64,000 bases of DNA from the NCBI GenBank assembly GCA_963677485.1, contig OY781964.1:512001-576000 (forward strand), in the 5' to 3' direction. Origin of the DNA: Armatimonadota bacterium (lineage in GTDB: Bacteria; Armatimonadota; HRBIN16). Made by a program: the position numbers and the translations under genes. Each line of letters opens with the position of its first letter. The first letter of the stretch is position 1. A model generated the notes under the pieces. It ran no database searches. It was not told where the DNA came from and was given only the letters and a program-made list of their open reading frames with translations. Of this stretch, positions 30,003 through 39,593 are shown piece by piece.

Positions 30003-31780
30003 TCCTCATCCTCGTCTACTGACTCGCCACTGAGCTCATTGAGATAATCGTCCCTAGACCTGGTATAACTGGCCCAATCGCATACATTACGCCCGGTGTT
30101 GTCGGTAATGGTAACGTCAGCACCGTGTTGATACAGCCAACCATCAATGGTGGCCAGATCATCGATAGCCGCATACATGAATGGCGTCATACCATATTGA
30201 TCTTGCCCATTGATGTCGACCCCGGCATCTAGCAGCACCTGAGCCATCTCTTCGGTCAAGTCTTTAGGATAGTGCAGCAGGCTTTTGCCTTCACGGTCAT
30301 GGCTGAGCGGGTCGGTGCCGTGTTCTATTAGGCACCGGACTATCTCCCAGTCACCATCGGCTGCGTGATGCAGTATCGGCGGATCAGCCTCCCCACCATG
30401 CAGACAAGGATCACAGCCGTTATTTAACAGAATCTCAGCCGCCTCAGTACTTAGTGCGTAGTGCCAGGCTGTTCGTCCAAACTCATCCTGCTCGTTGATG
30501 TCTACTCCGTGTTTTTGAAGAAGCTCCAGCAGGCATTTGAAATAGTCAGCATCTCGCTGCAGGTGATATGTGTAATGGCCTGGCATTTCGGGTTTGGCCC
30601 CTGCGATCAAGAGTTCATCAACCAAAGCGATGTGTGACGGTGCCTGGTAAGCGATTTGAAGCGGGGTATATCCGCGGTTAATGGCCAGATTAGGGTTGAA
30701 GCCAGCTTGAAGTATCTTGCGCAACAACTCGATGTCGTTCTTAATGATGGCATGGTGCAACATCGTGGTGCCATCGGATGCCTGAATATCTCGCCACCGG
30801 GCAAGCTCACTGGATGGTGTAACATCATATGGGTAAGGATACGGGTATTCAACGACAGGTGACAGAGTGATATGCTCCGTCTGCTTACGATACCGCTCAT
30901 CAAACGGGGTAGTCAGCAAGTTGGCAATCTGGAAAGGTGTTTCCCCGAACTCATTGGTCGCCAGTGGATCGGCACCGCACTGCAGCAGGAAGGATATCAT
31001 TGAAGCATTGTCAATGACAGCAACATGGAGTGGACTATATCCCTGCTCTGTGGGAGCGTTGATATCCCATCCCTTCTCAAGAAGATAGCCGACCCCTTCT
31101 TCGCTGAACCGTTTAACAAGAAGGTGAATCGCCGTCAGCCCTTCAGCGTCATGCTGATCAGGGGTGACACGGTCGAGTAGAGCTTTCAAAATATCATCGA
31201 AGAGCACAGGTGCATCAAACCGGTGTTCGGTCTTCAATGCACAGATACAATCATCTAGCACGCAGAAGTCGACACTGTCGGGCAGGCAATGTCTCTCGCT
31301 CCAGTAGGTATATACACACCTCCCCACACGCATGGGATCGGCACCCAGCTCAAGAAGGCGGATCACTATGTCAAGATTGCGTTCTCGGCATGCAAACTGG
31401 AGTAACGAAAATCCATCGCACAAATCCAAGGCATTGACATCCGCACCATTCTCAAGAAGGTACCATACTATGTCCCAATACTCGCATGTCGCAGCTTGAT
31501 ATGTATATGGTCGATGTTCAGCATCGCAACCAGCCGGATCGACACCCAGGCCCACCAGGTGTTTCACCACTTCTAGATGCCCAAGACATGCATGATTCAT
31601 GGGTGAAAAACTACGGTAGGGATCATCTATGAAGTTAATACCCAGTTCCCAGAGTGCCGATATGAGATCGAGGTTCTCCTCGGATACGGCATCGCCAGCC
31701 ATATCCCATAATTGCCTGTTTGTCAGGTTGTCAGCGGTGATCTGCCTCTTGAGTTCGTCTATGTGTTCTCGGTCCACCAT
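29999..31780 (-). CDS. ankyrin-repeat protein (paralogue 1)
   Basis: Ankyrin motifs; start overlaps the GH5 stop (TAATG). Confidence 0.88.
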   Translation of the reverse strand: MVDREHIDELKRQITADNLTNRQLWDMAGDAVSEENLDLISALWELGINFIDDPYRSFSPMNHACLGHLEVVKHLVGLGVDPAGCDAEHRPYTYQAATCEYWDIVWYLLENGADVNALDLCDGFSLLQFACRERNLDIVIRLLELGADPMRVGRCVYTYWSERHCLPDSVDFCVLDDCICALKTEHRFDAPVLFDDILKALLDRVTPDQHDAEGLTAIHLLVKRFSEEGVGYLLEKGWDINAPTEQGYSPLHVAVIDNASMISFLLQCGADPLATNEFGETPFQIANLLTTPFDERYRKQTEHITLSPVVEYPYPYPYDVTPSSELARWRDIQASDGTTMLHHAIIKNDIELLRKILQAGFNPNLAINRGYTPLQIAYQAPSHIALVDELLIAGAKPEMPGHYTYHLQRDADYFKCLLELLQKHGVDINEQDEFGRTAWHYALSTEAAEILLNNGCDPCLHGGEADPPILHHAADGDWEIVRCLIEHGTDPLSHDREGKSLLHYPKDLTEEMAQVLLDAGVDINGQDQYGMTPFMYAAIDDLATIDGWLYQHGADVTITDNTGRNVCDWASYTRSRDDYLNELSGESVDEDEE

Positions 31781-33306
31781 TAATACCTCTTTAATAACTC
31801 CAGCATCTTGCGGTCAAGTTTGTCGCTGCCCATCTGCTCGTATTGCACATCCTTGCGGTTGCTGTTGATGATGCCGAAGTCACCGCGCAGGTTCCACAGT
31901 GCCCAACCCATGTTGGCTTGCTTGAAGGCGCGCAGGCTATCCTCCATGAATCGCAGCGTCAGATTGTGCGGCACGGCGGAAAACACGCCCCATTCGCCGA
32001 TAAACACGCCCACTCCTGATTTGTTGTGGAAGTCGGTCCAGGGTTTCAGCACGGAGCGGGTCAGCCAGGCCTTGTTTTGAACACCCCCATAGGGAAGCTG
32101 CGTGTTGCGCATCGATCTGTCACTTCCCAGAACCAGTTTTCCTGGTGGAAGTCCCCATGTTGAGAAAGTCGGGAAATGCAGTGCCGGTTTACCATCAGGG
32201 GCGACCATCAGCTCGGAAAATCGCAGCCAGTCCCCGCGTTCCACCCGAATAGTGAGTGTCTTGGTGCCTTTGGGGTATCGCGCGGTATAGCTGCGGTCGA
32301 ACTCGTTCTGGTAGCTGTTCCACTCCGGAACACGGACCGCTTTAGTCCACTCGCCCTCGCCAGCGGTGCAGATGATGCGGTGCCGGTAAATCTCCTTGCC
32401 GTCTGCGGTCATCACGATCTCCGCCTCGCTGCTGATGCAGTTAACATGGATGCCCACCTCGCCTGCCGAGGAGCTGAGACGGCTGATGTCGCACTCCAGG
32501 GGGTGCTGTATCTCCGGTTTGGCGTTACCGTAGAGGTAGTTGTTCACCTGCACTGAGGGCCACTGTGGCTCCGGGAACTCGCTGGCACCAGTGACCCAAG
32601 ACGTTTTGTAGTGGGTTAGACCAAAAGGCTGGTAGTTATGCATAGCCTGGGCGATCTTCAACGGCACCAGTTCTGGCACAGGTTTCGTGGCGTAGTCAAG
32701 TCCATCAGCCATGATCAGTCGGTCGGGGTCTTCCTTGCGGATGGCAGACACCAAAGCCCTCACCACCTTAGCGTAGACTGAACCATCTGCGCCGGCCGGT
32801 TCGTTGAACAAGTCAAAGCTGAGCAGTCGGTTAGGGATACCGGCCCATCGCCTAGCGAACATCACCCAGTGACGGCAGGAGACTTCCAGAGTGGCCGAAT
32901 CGGTAAAAATGCTGGTTCTTTCTTTCTCCGTTGACACAGTATACCCAGGGATGCGGTGCAGGCACAGGTTGATGTGAACGCCATATCGGGCGCCGAATTC
33001 GATCGCACGGTCGAAGTCTTCTATCACATCGGGTTTGATCTGCAGCCAGTTTTCGGGATCGGTGTATATACGGTAATCCACCGGCAGGCGTGCGAAGTTG
33101 AAACCCCAGCGTGAGATGAGCTCGAAGTCTTGCTCAAGGAAGGGTGTGTTGCTCCAGCCAAGGATGAACCGGTTGAGCAGATTGAATCCGCGCCATCGAG
33201 GCAGCTTGGCAGCGGTGGCCTCAGGCAAGGGTGCGATATGGCTCAGCACCTCCGGCTTGATGGTATGGACGCCGATCCGCTCGGGCGATCGTGTGGATGT
33301 TTGCAT
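31780..33306 (-). CDS. glycoside hydrolase family 5 (cellulase-like)
   Basis: RWRGFNL, WGFNFARLPVDY, FDLFNEP, HNYQPF, IGEWG and GWALWNLRGDFG. Confidence 0.9.
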   Translation of the reverse strand: MQTSTRSPERIGVHTIKPEVLSHIAPLPEATAAKLPRWRGFNLLNRFILGWSNTPFLEQDFELISRWGFNFARLPVDYRIYTDPENWLQIKPDVIEDFDRAIEFGARYGVHINLCLHRIPGYTVSTEKERTSIFTDSATLEVSCRHWVMFARRWAGIPNRLLSFDLFNEPAGADGSVYAKVVRALVSAIRKEDPDRLIMADGLDYATKPVPELVPLKIAQAMHNYQPFGLTHYKTSWVTGASEFPEPQWPSVQVNNYLYGNAKPEIQHPLECDISRLSSSAGEVGIHVNCISSEAEIVMTADGKEIYRHRIICTAGEGEWTKAVRVPEWNSYQNEFDRSYTARYPKGTKTLTIRVERGDWLRFSELMVAPDGKPALHFPTFSTWGLPPGKLVLGSDRSMRNTQLPYGGVQNKAWLTRSVLKPWTDFHNKSGVGVFIGEWGVFSAVPHNLTLRFMEDSLRAFKQANMGWALWNLRGDFGIINSNRKDVQYEQMGSDKLDRKMLELLKRY

Positions 33307-33335
33307 GGCCGGCTCCTCCTGTTGGTGTCATCATC

Positions 33336-33371
33336 TATCATGAGTATTGCACATAAACGTATCGGTATCCT
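33336..33371 (+). repeat. 36-bp direct repeat, left copy, flanking the AbiE module
   Basis: TATCATGAGTATTGCACATAAACGTATCGGTATCCT; 35/36 identical to 35017-35052. Confidence 0.9.
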
Positions 33372-33390
33372 GCAGAGCGAAGACGGCGGG

Positions 33391-34291
33391 CTATTTCCAT
33401 TCACCATCAGACCACCCCTTATCGAGCGGATGGTTCAGAATGAGACTATCGATGATGGGTTGAAGGAATTGTGTAAGGGCAGCAAGAATAACACCGAAAT
33501 CGGCAGGTACATCGTCGCGACCGATACGTTTAACATAGGACTGCCAGTTCATCTGCTGCATTTCGGCATACTGGATGTTCAATGCATATGTGTGAGATTT
33601 AAGCTCGGTTCTACGCATGACAAACGTCATACGGACAGCATCTGCAATATCGTGGCTCGAAAACTGATGATGAGTGCTGAATAGCCAGATATCGAAATAA
33701 TCCTTCATCCGGCTGTTTGTCAGCCCATGTTGTACCATGGCATGATACTTCTCAGCTATTGCCGTTTCCATCCTATAACACATCATGAAGACAGATGGCA
33801 TATCGAGCATGGACGGCATCTCCCGCAGTTCCGGTGATGGGGGTGACGATATCATCGAACCCGATATCGACATGGATACGAAATCGAGCCAAACCCAGTG
33901 TTCCTGATATGCCAACGCGTACACCTTGGTGTTGCGCATCAACAGTGAGGGGTGAAGCGCTGACCGAATCGGTGTCGTATGACACACCATCAGCACCGAC
34001 TTCCGTTTCCGCTATCTCTTTAAAGACAGAAATGATCGAGTCTTCAGACAGGTACGTCCGGCCAAGCACGTCTATGTCCATCGTTGTGCGGTATTCTGCA
34101 AGGTTCCATACTCGGAGAAGCATGGCTCCTTTCAAGACGAAACTGTTGCTGTGTGGCGACATCGAAAGACGGTATAGGAACCTCTCCATGGCGTAAAGTT
34201 GCATCAACTCATTAAATAACCTGTGCTCAGCACGAGATATGTTGAGGATCCGCTGCTTCACCGACGCTGCGATATTCCTCATGTCATCCAC
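33391..34291 (-). pseudogene. AbiEii-family nucleotidyltransferase toxin, frameshifted
   Basis: One frame has YAMERFLYRLS, FVLKGA, RTTMDID and DIGFDD. Another has IAEKYHAMV and NSRMKDYFDI. The shift lies in the G5 run at 33839-33843. Confidence 0.85.
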
Positions 34292-34925
34292 TCATCAACA
34301 TCACGAGATAGGGCATGAGGCCATTCGCCACTCGGCAAATCCGGGCACATTCCATCAGTTTATCTATGTTGAGATGCTCACTCTGCCGATAGAGTCTGAG
34401 AGCTTCTAGTACCACGTCCATTCCAATTTGGTTTCGGAATTTAAAGCAGTCTACTAGTGTTTTCTCAATGCTATAGACTTTGATGTTTACTGAACCATGT
34501 AGGTGCATTTCGATGCCTGTTTTATAACATGTATTCGAAAATCGATGCACCGATATAGGCGGGTAGTAGATACGTGGTGTAGCGGCTCCTTTTGGTAGAG
34601 CCATTGATATGCGGGAAGGAATCACAGTTGTCAGCTCATGATAGGACAATGCGGAGACCAAACAAATGACTGCATTTGGCGAGCGCAAACAGACCGTCTC
34701 CAAATCGATGTATGCCGTAATTCCGGATTCAGCTAGCCTGAAGACACCTCGCGACGGCGAGTCCAGTTGCCCTGTATCGCGCAGAGCATACAAGGTGCGC
34801 GGATGAACTCCTGATCTCAACATTGTCGCAGTACTTGCCATGTTCCCATTGCTACTGAGGATGTCCAGTGCTCGAAGCATGGCAGTTTTATTTAGTTTGG
34901 CTTGTGACATGGATATATCTCTCAT
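34284..34925 (-). CDS. AbiEi-family type IV TA antitoxin
   Basis: SRGVFRL, VICLVSALSYHELTT and VYSIEKTLVDCFKFRNQIGMDV; overlaps the AbiEii start. Confidence 0.88.
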   Translation of the reverse strand: MRDISMSQAKLNKTAMLRALDILSSNGNMASTATMLRSGVHPRTLYALRDTGQLDSPSRGVFRLAESGITAYIDLETVCLRSPNAVICLVSALSYHELTTVIPSRISMALPKGAATPRIYYPPISVHRFSNTCYKTGIEMHLHGSVNIKVYSIEKTLVDCFKFRNQIGMDVVLEALRLYRQSEHLNIDKLMECARICRVANGLMPYLVMLMSG

Positions 34926-35016
34926 TACTTATATGATTCTATATATAATTATATCCCATTTCCGCTCATCTGCAGAATACATCGCGCACTTTCCATAGTC
35001 CGATCTGATCAGTCTT

Positions 35017-35052
35017 TATCATGAGTATTGCACATAAACGTATCGATATCCT
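35017..35052 (+). repeat. 36-bp direct repeat, right copy
   Basis: TATCATGAGTATTGCACATAAACGTATCGATATCCT. Confidence 0.9.
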
Positions 35053-35111
35053 TCATCGCAGGCAGCAACGGTCGTGGTACAATAGTACGAAAAGTACCCG
35101 AGGTGACACCC

Positions 35112-36128
35112 ATGAAACCCGCCGTAAACATAGAAACAGACACCCTGAGCCGCTGGAGCGCTCCATATAGAAACTGGCACTACTACCCCGAGTATGTGAT
35201 CCCGCAGAAGCCACAGGTGCCGGGCCACGAGGAGTTCCATAACACCGACTGCCCCACCATCTTCCAGATGCGCGAACACCCGGGAAAGTGGTTCATGAGC
35301 TACATCGGCTTCAACGGTCAAGGATACAACAGCTTTGTGGCCGAGAGCAGCGACCTGCTGCATTGGACAAACCATCGGCTGTTGATGGGATTCGGCGAGA
35401 AGGGTGAATTCGACCACGGCGGTCGGGTGCTGGGTGCCTATCTGTATCGGTCCTACGATGTGAGGGCCCCGCGGATGCTGAAGCGATACCGAGGTCTGTA
35501 TTGGAGCCTGTATGGTGCCTACCCTCTGCAGGGCGGCTATGAGCTGCGACCCGGCTCCGAAGGCGTGGCATGCAGTGAGGATGGTCTCATCTGGAAGCGT
35601 GCCAAACCGGGCACCATACTCGCTGTGTCCGATAAGGACTGCGGGGAGTGGGAGAAGGACTGCATCTACCAGCCCTGGTTAGTGGAGTACCGCGGACGCT
35701 TCTTCAACTTCTACAACGCCGCGAACGGCAGCGAAGAGCAGACCGGCATCGCCACCTCATCTGACCTCATCAACTGGAAGCGCAACCCGGCCAATCCGGT
35801 GGTGAAGGTTCGCCCTGGCGGTTACGACGAGGGCTTCGCAAGCGACCCGAAGGTGTTCCGTGACGGCGACCACTGGACGATGATCTACTTCGGAGTGGGC
35901 AAAGGCGGGGCGCATATCATGATCGCCTTCTCGCGCGACCTGATAAGCTGGACCGCCGACCCCGAGCCACTGTATAAGGCGGGTGGGAGCCCATATGGTC
36001 TGGACAAGCAGTTTGCGCACAAGATATCGCTGGTATATCACCCCAAAACAAAAGTGGGATACCTCTATTATTGTGCCGACAACAGCGCGGGCCGCGGCAT
36101 CGCGCTGCTGACTAGCGCACGGATTTAG
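35112..36128 (+). CDS. five-bladed beta-propeller glycosidase (GH32/43/130-like)
   Basis: Repeated A.S.DL..W blades; DCPTIF, IYQPWLV and ASDPKVF; SD GAGGTG before ATG 35112. Confidence 0.75.
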   Translation: MKPAVNIETDTLSRWSAPYRNWHYYPEYVIPQKPQVPGHEEFHNTDCPTIFQMREHPGKWFMSYIGFNGQGYNSFVAESSDLLHWTNHRLLMGFGEKGEFDHGGRVLGAYLYRSYDVRAPRMLKRYRGLYWSLYGAYPLQGGYELRPGSEGVACSEDGLIWKRAKPGTILAVSDKDCGEWEKDCIYQPWLVEYRGRFFNFYNAANGSEEQTGIATSSDLINWKRNPANPVVKVRPGGYDEGFASDPKVFRDGDHWTMIYFGVGKGGAHIMIAFSRDLISWTADPEPLYKAGGSPYGLDKQFAHKISLVYHPKTKVGYLYYCADNSAGRGIALLTSARI

Positions 36129-36137
36129 CAGGAACTG

Positions 36138-38087
36138 ATGCGAAGTATGCTACTCAGTATCTTGCTGGCGATGGGGCTGACGGCCTCCCTGGCGGCGCAG
36201 ACGCCCGAGGCGCTGGAGGTCGGGCCCACACCGATCCCCTGGTACACGGGTAATCTGAATATCTACCCCTTCATGCAAAAGTATGGCACGGTAACGGTGG
36301 AGCCGCCATCGATGGACTGGGCCAGCCCCGAGCGGCTGGCGATACTGAAGCGCATCGGAGTATTTGCGGATGTCGATATCCCATCCTGGAGTATGGTGGA
36401 GCCTGAGAAAGGCAAGTGGGATTTCGGCCGTTATCTAAAGACCGCGCAACTGCTCAAAGAGGCCGGTTTTGGGTATATCCCGTTTTGCTGGGTCCACTTT
36501 CCCCCACAGTGGTATATGGATTCGCCAGACTTCGTGCCGTATCGCTGCGCGGAGCATGGCGAGGCGCTGATGCAGCTCTCACCCTGGTCGCCGAAGATAT
36601 GGGACATCTACCGCAGCTTCTATTCTGAGCAGAAGAAGGCGATGGGCGACTACGTGAGCTGGATGCGCGTGGCCATGCCCGCGGACTACGGCGAGGTGGG
36701 GTATCCTGCGGGCATGACCAGTTGGCTGGTTCCACAGAAGCACGCACACGCAGGATTCTGGTGCGGAGACCCATACGCCATCGCCGACTTCCAGCAGCAG
36801 ATGAAGCTCAAGTTCAAGACACTGAAGGCGATCAACACCCGCTGGAGCACGGATTTCAAGCAGTGTGACCAGCTCAGCCTACCTGACACGAACGATCAGG
36901 CAGCGAGAAAACAAGCGGTGAAATCCCACAAAAGCACCGATATCAGGCGCTGGCTGGACTTCATGGATTGGTACAACGGCTTCTGGGTGCGATTCGTGCC
37001 TAAACTGTGCGGAGTGATCCGCGAGTCGTACCCGAAGCAACCGCAGGTAGTGAGCATTGGTTATGGATGCGAAAACAACAGCTACGGCAACGACATCAGC
37101 CGACTGGCGAAGATGGCTATAACCGCCAAAGTGGCCTTGCAGACGCCGGGTAACGTCAGCAACTACAGCCAAAAGCGGTTGAGCAGTGCCTGCCGGTTCT
37201 ATGGCGTGCCCTACTACACCGAACCGCCGGGTGATGTGGCGCCCGATGCGGAGATGACCCGTCTGTTCACCGACATATCCAACGGCGTGAAGGTGTTCTT
37301 TGACTATCCGCAGAACATGATTAAGGTGATACCGCAACTCCGTGAGTATAAGACATTCATGACCGGTGCGGACCCGGTGGTGGATTTTGCGATCTTCAAC
37401 AGCACCATCAGCTTCCGGCTAGACGACGTGGGCGGGTATCCCCTCCCCGCTTACCTTTTGGGCGAGACCAGCGAGCAGTATGACTTCGATGTGCTCGACG
37501 AGACGCTGATTGACGATGGTGCGCTCAAGCGCTACCGCGTGATGGCGTATGTTTACGGCAACACGACCGAGCAGAGCACACTGAAGAAGATCACCGAGTG
37601 GGTGCGTCAAGGCGGCGCGTTGGTCACATGCCAGATGGGTGAGGTTCGCAATATCGAGGGTGACAACTCAGTCTGGCGATCACTGATGCCCGCCAACCTG
37701 CCCACCGCGGCTAGTCTGCTGAAAGGTGACCGTTGGGACTGGCCGCAGGTGATCAAGCAGTGCTCGCGCCGCGTGGGCAAGGGGATTGTGATCCAACTGC
37801 CGGTCACGCCGTCGGAGATGAAGCCGCTGGTGGATGGCTGCACACAGGCGATCTACCATCTGAGTGAGGCCGGTAAGGGGTTCCGCAACGCGCCGCTGAT
37901 CGATGGCGAGCTGAACGGCTTCAACGCAGTGCTGCTGCCCGAGCGCATCGTGTTTTACTCCGTCGTCGGGGTTGATACGGTGGTGAAGCTGCGACCGGAG
38001 GACTGGGTAGGTCGCAAGTGCCCCGCGCAGTTGGAGTTCCGTTTGAAGATGGCGCCGCACAGCCTGGCTTCCGTCGATCTGCGGTAG
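36138..38087 (+). CDS. secreted beta-galactosidase-like protein (GH42-like)
   Basis: Signal peptide; WSMVEPEKGKWDF and RRWLDFMDWY; trimerisation-like LKKITEWVRQGG. Confidence 0.65.
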   Translation: MRSMLLSILLAMGLTASLAAQTPEALEVGPTPIPWYTGNLNIYPFMQKYGTVTVEPPSMDWASPERLAILKRIGVFADVDIPSWSMVEPEKGKWDFGRYLKTAQLLKEAGFGYIPFCWVHFPPQWYMDSPDFVPYRCAEHGEALMQLSPWSPKIWDIYRSFYSEQKKAMGDYVSWMRVAMPADYGEVGYPAGMTSWLVPQKHAHAGFWCGDPYAIADFQQQMKLKFKTLKAINTRWSTDFKQCDQLSLPDTNDQAARKQAVKSHKSTDIRRWLDFMDWYNGFWVRFVPKLCGVIRESYPKQPQVVSIGYGCENNSYGNDISRLAKMAITAKVALQTPGNVSNYSQKRLSSACRFYGVPYYTEPPGDVAPDAEMTRLFTDISNGVKVFFDYPQNMIKVIPQLREYKTFMTGADPVVDFAIFNSTISFRLDDVGGYPLPAYLLGETSEQYDFDVLDETLIDDGALKRYRVMAYVYGNTTEQSTLKKITEWVRQGGALVTCQMGEVRNIEGDNSVWRSLMPANLPTAASLLKGDRWDWPQVIKQCSRRVGKGIVIQLPVTPSEMKPLVDGCTQAIYHLSEAGKGFRNAPLIDGELNGFNAVLLPERIVFYSVVGVDTVVKLRPEDWVGRKCPAQLEFRLKMAPHSLASVDLR

Positions 38088-38105
38088 AGGCGAGGTGGAA
38101 TTGAG

Positions 38106-38165
38106 GTAGGGGCGAGGTCACCTCGCCCTGGGGCAAGCACAGGGGCGAGGTGACCTCGCCCCTAC
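38106..38165. repeat. inverted pair of GTAG-type REPs between convergent genes
   Basis: GTAGGGGCGAGGTCACCTCGCCC ... GGGGCGAGGTGACCTCGCCCCTAC. Confidence 0.8.
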
Positions 38166-38175
38166 AGGTGGGATC

Positions 38176-38997
38176 CTATGCCGGCAGCAGTGTCATGCCG
38201 TTGACCCGCTGCAGCAGCATCTGCTCTATATTGAAGAAGCCCGTCTTGCCCATAATCCACTCGGCGGCATCCAGCGCCCCTTCGGCAAAGGCGGCTCGGT
38301 CGATCACACGGTGGGTGATGGTCAGCTCATCGGTGTCGCTGGCAAGAAGCAGCTCATGCTCACCATAGATACCGCCGGCCCGAACACTATGAACCCCTAC
38401 CTCACCGGTCTTGCGTGATCCCAGACCACTCCGTCCCTGCAACACATACCCAGAATCTCTCGCGGCCGCCATCTGGTTTGCGAGGCGGGCAGCGGTACCG
38501 CTGGGTGCATCCCGTTTATAACGGTGATGCCGCTCCGTGATCTCGATGTCGTAGTTGGGCAATAGCTGAGCGGCAATCCGAGCCAGCAACATCAGCACGT
38601 TAACTCCCATGGTGATGTTCGGCGCGAACACCACGCCCGTGGGGGTGCAGTCCTGAAGCTGTTCAATCTGTTCTGGGCTGAAGCCGGTGGTGCCCACCAC
38701 CATCTTTGTGTTGGTGCTGCGGCAGCAGCGAAGCAGTCGAAGGGTGTTGGCTGGGCGGGTGAAGTCAATCAGCACATCGGGCTTATGCTTCTCGAGCATT
38801 TCGATTGTCTGGTGGGCCGAATGCACGGCCACCCCGGCGGGCTCCATACCAAGCAAAAGACCTAAATCCTGGCCTGATTTGCTGGAATGAGGTCCGGCAG
38901 CCGCCATGACCAGTTCGAAACGGTGGGAGTTTTTGAGTAGATGTCGGGCAACAACGCATCCGGTCAGCCCGAGGCCAACCATGGCAACGGTGATCAT
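38176..38997 (-). CDS. dapB: 4-hydroxy-tetrahydrodipicolinate reductase
   Basis: DVLIDFT, VVGTTG, APNITMGVN, ERHHRYKRDAPSGTA and HSVRAGGIYGEH. Confidence 0.93.
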   Translation of the reverse strand: MITVAMVGLGLTGCVVARHLLKNSHRFELVMAAAGPHSSKSGQDLGLLLGMEPAGVAVHSAHQTIEMLEKHKPDVLIDFTRPANTLRLLRCCRSTNTKMVVGTTGFSPEQIEQLQDCTPTGVVFAPNITMGVNVLMLLARIAAQLLPNYDIEITERHHRYKRDAPSGTAARLANQMAAARDSGYVLQGRSGLGSRKTGEVGVHSVRAGGIYGEHELLLASDTDELTITHRVIDRAAFAEGALDAAEWIMGKTGFFNIEQMLLQRVNGMTLLPA

Positions 38998-39015
38998 TTA
39001 TCTTTACCTCTCTTG

Positions 39016-39127
39016 GCGCTGACGAGGTTAGCTGACGGATTAGGACAGGAGGCTGCCCCGCCTTGGTTGCCCAAGACTACACCCCAGTAACACGGTTCCC
39101 CCGCTCCTGCAATGCAGGATTAAGCGC
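39016..39127 (-). promoter_or_regulatory. cyclic-di-AMP (ydaO/yuaA) riboswitch
   Basis: Minus strand GCGCTTAATCC...GGAGCGGGGGAACC...GGGGTG...GGCGGGG...CCTAATCCGTCAGCTAACCTCGTCAGCGC matches the ydaO consensus blocks, directly 5' of the dapB SD. Confidence 0.85.
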
Positions 39128-39203
39128 ATCTGTTCAGATGATTAGACGGGTGACGGGCGGACAAGTTACGGGGCAATTGACAGTTGCCAATTGGCAATGG
39201 ATA

Positions 39204-39552
39204 GTAACTACTCAGCCATAGACGGCACTGTCCGTGGCGGTCTGTCAGTACGCTAACAACTACAGAAAGATACAGACCGCGCCGGTCTGGCGGATAGCCG
39301 AACCTGTCGCAATGAGGCTACTGGCTCATATCGCAGGTGGACGGCCACGCTGCCGCGGGTTTAGTCACCCACGGACTGGCGTCCGTATCGGGGTTCCCTC
39401 ACCGCGTGGCTAACTATTTGCAGCCCGCATGCGGGCGCCCGGGGGGTGTCCGAAAGGCGTCCGCTTCAGCGGACAGCCAACTGATTAGCGATGGGTGACA
39501 AGGCCTGCTTTAGCAGGTTGATGGAACCCGTCGCTAATGGCTGAGTAGTTAC
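39204..39552. mobile_element. MITE-like element with GTAACTACTCAGCCAT TIRs (second copy, different interior)
   Basis: Perfect 16-bp TIRs; flanks AATGGATA / AATGGACA. Confidence 0.78.
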
Positions 39553-39593
39553 AATGGACAAGGGACAATTGATATCGAAACAATTGTTAATTG

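Noticed and set aside
33346-33373. dif/Xer site within the AbiE-flanking repeat
   Set aside because: ATTGCACATAA resembles a XerC arm, but there is no XerD arm (TTATGTTAAAT-like).
38998-39170. Lysine riboswitch upstream of dapB
   Set aside because: The sequence matches ydaO/c-di-AMP blocks, not the L-box consensus.
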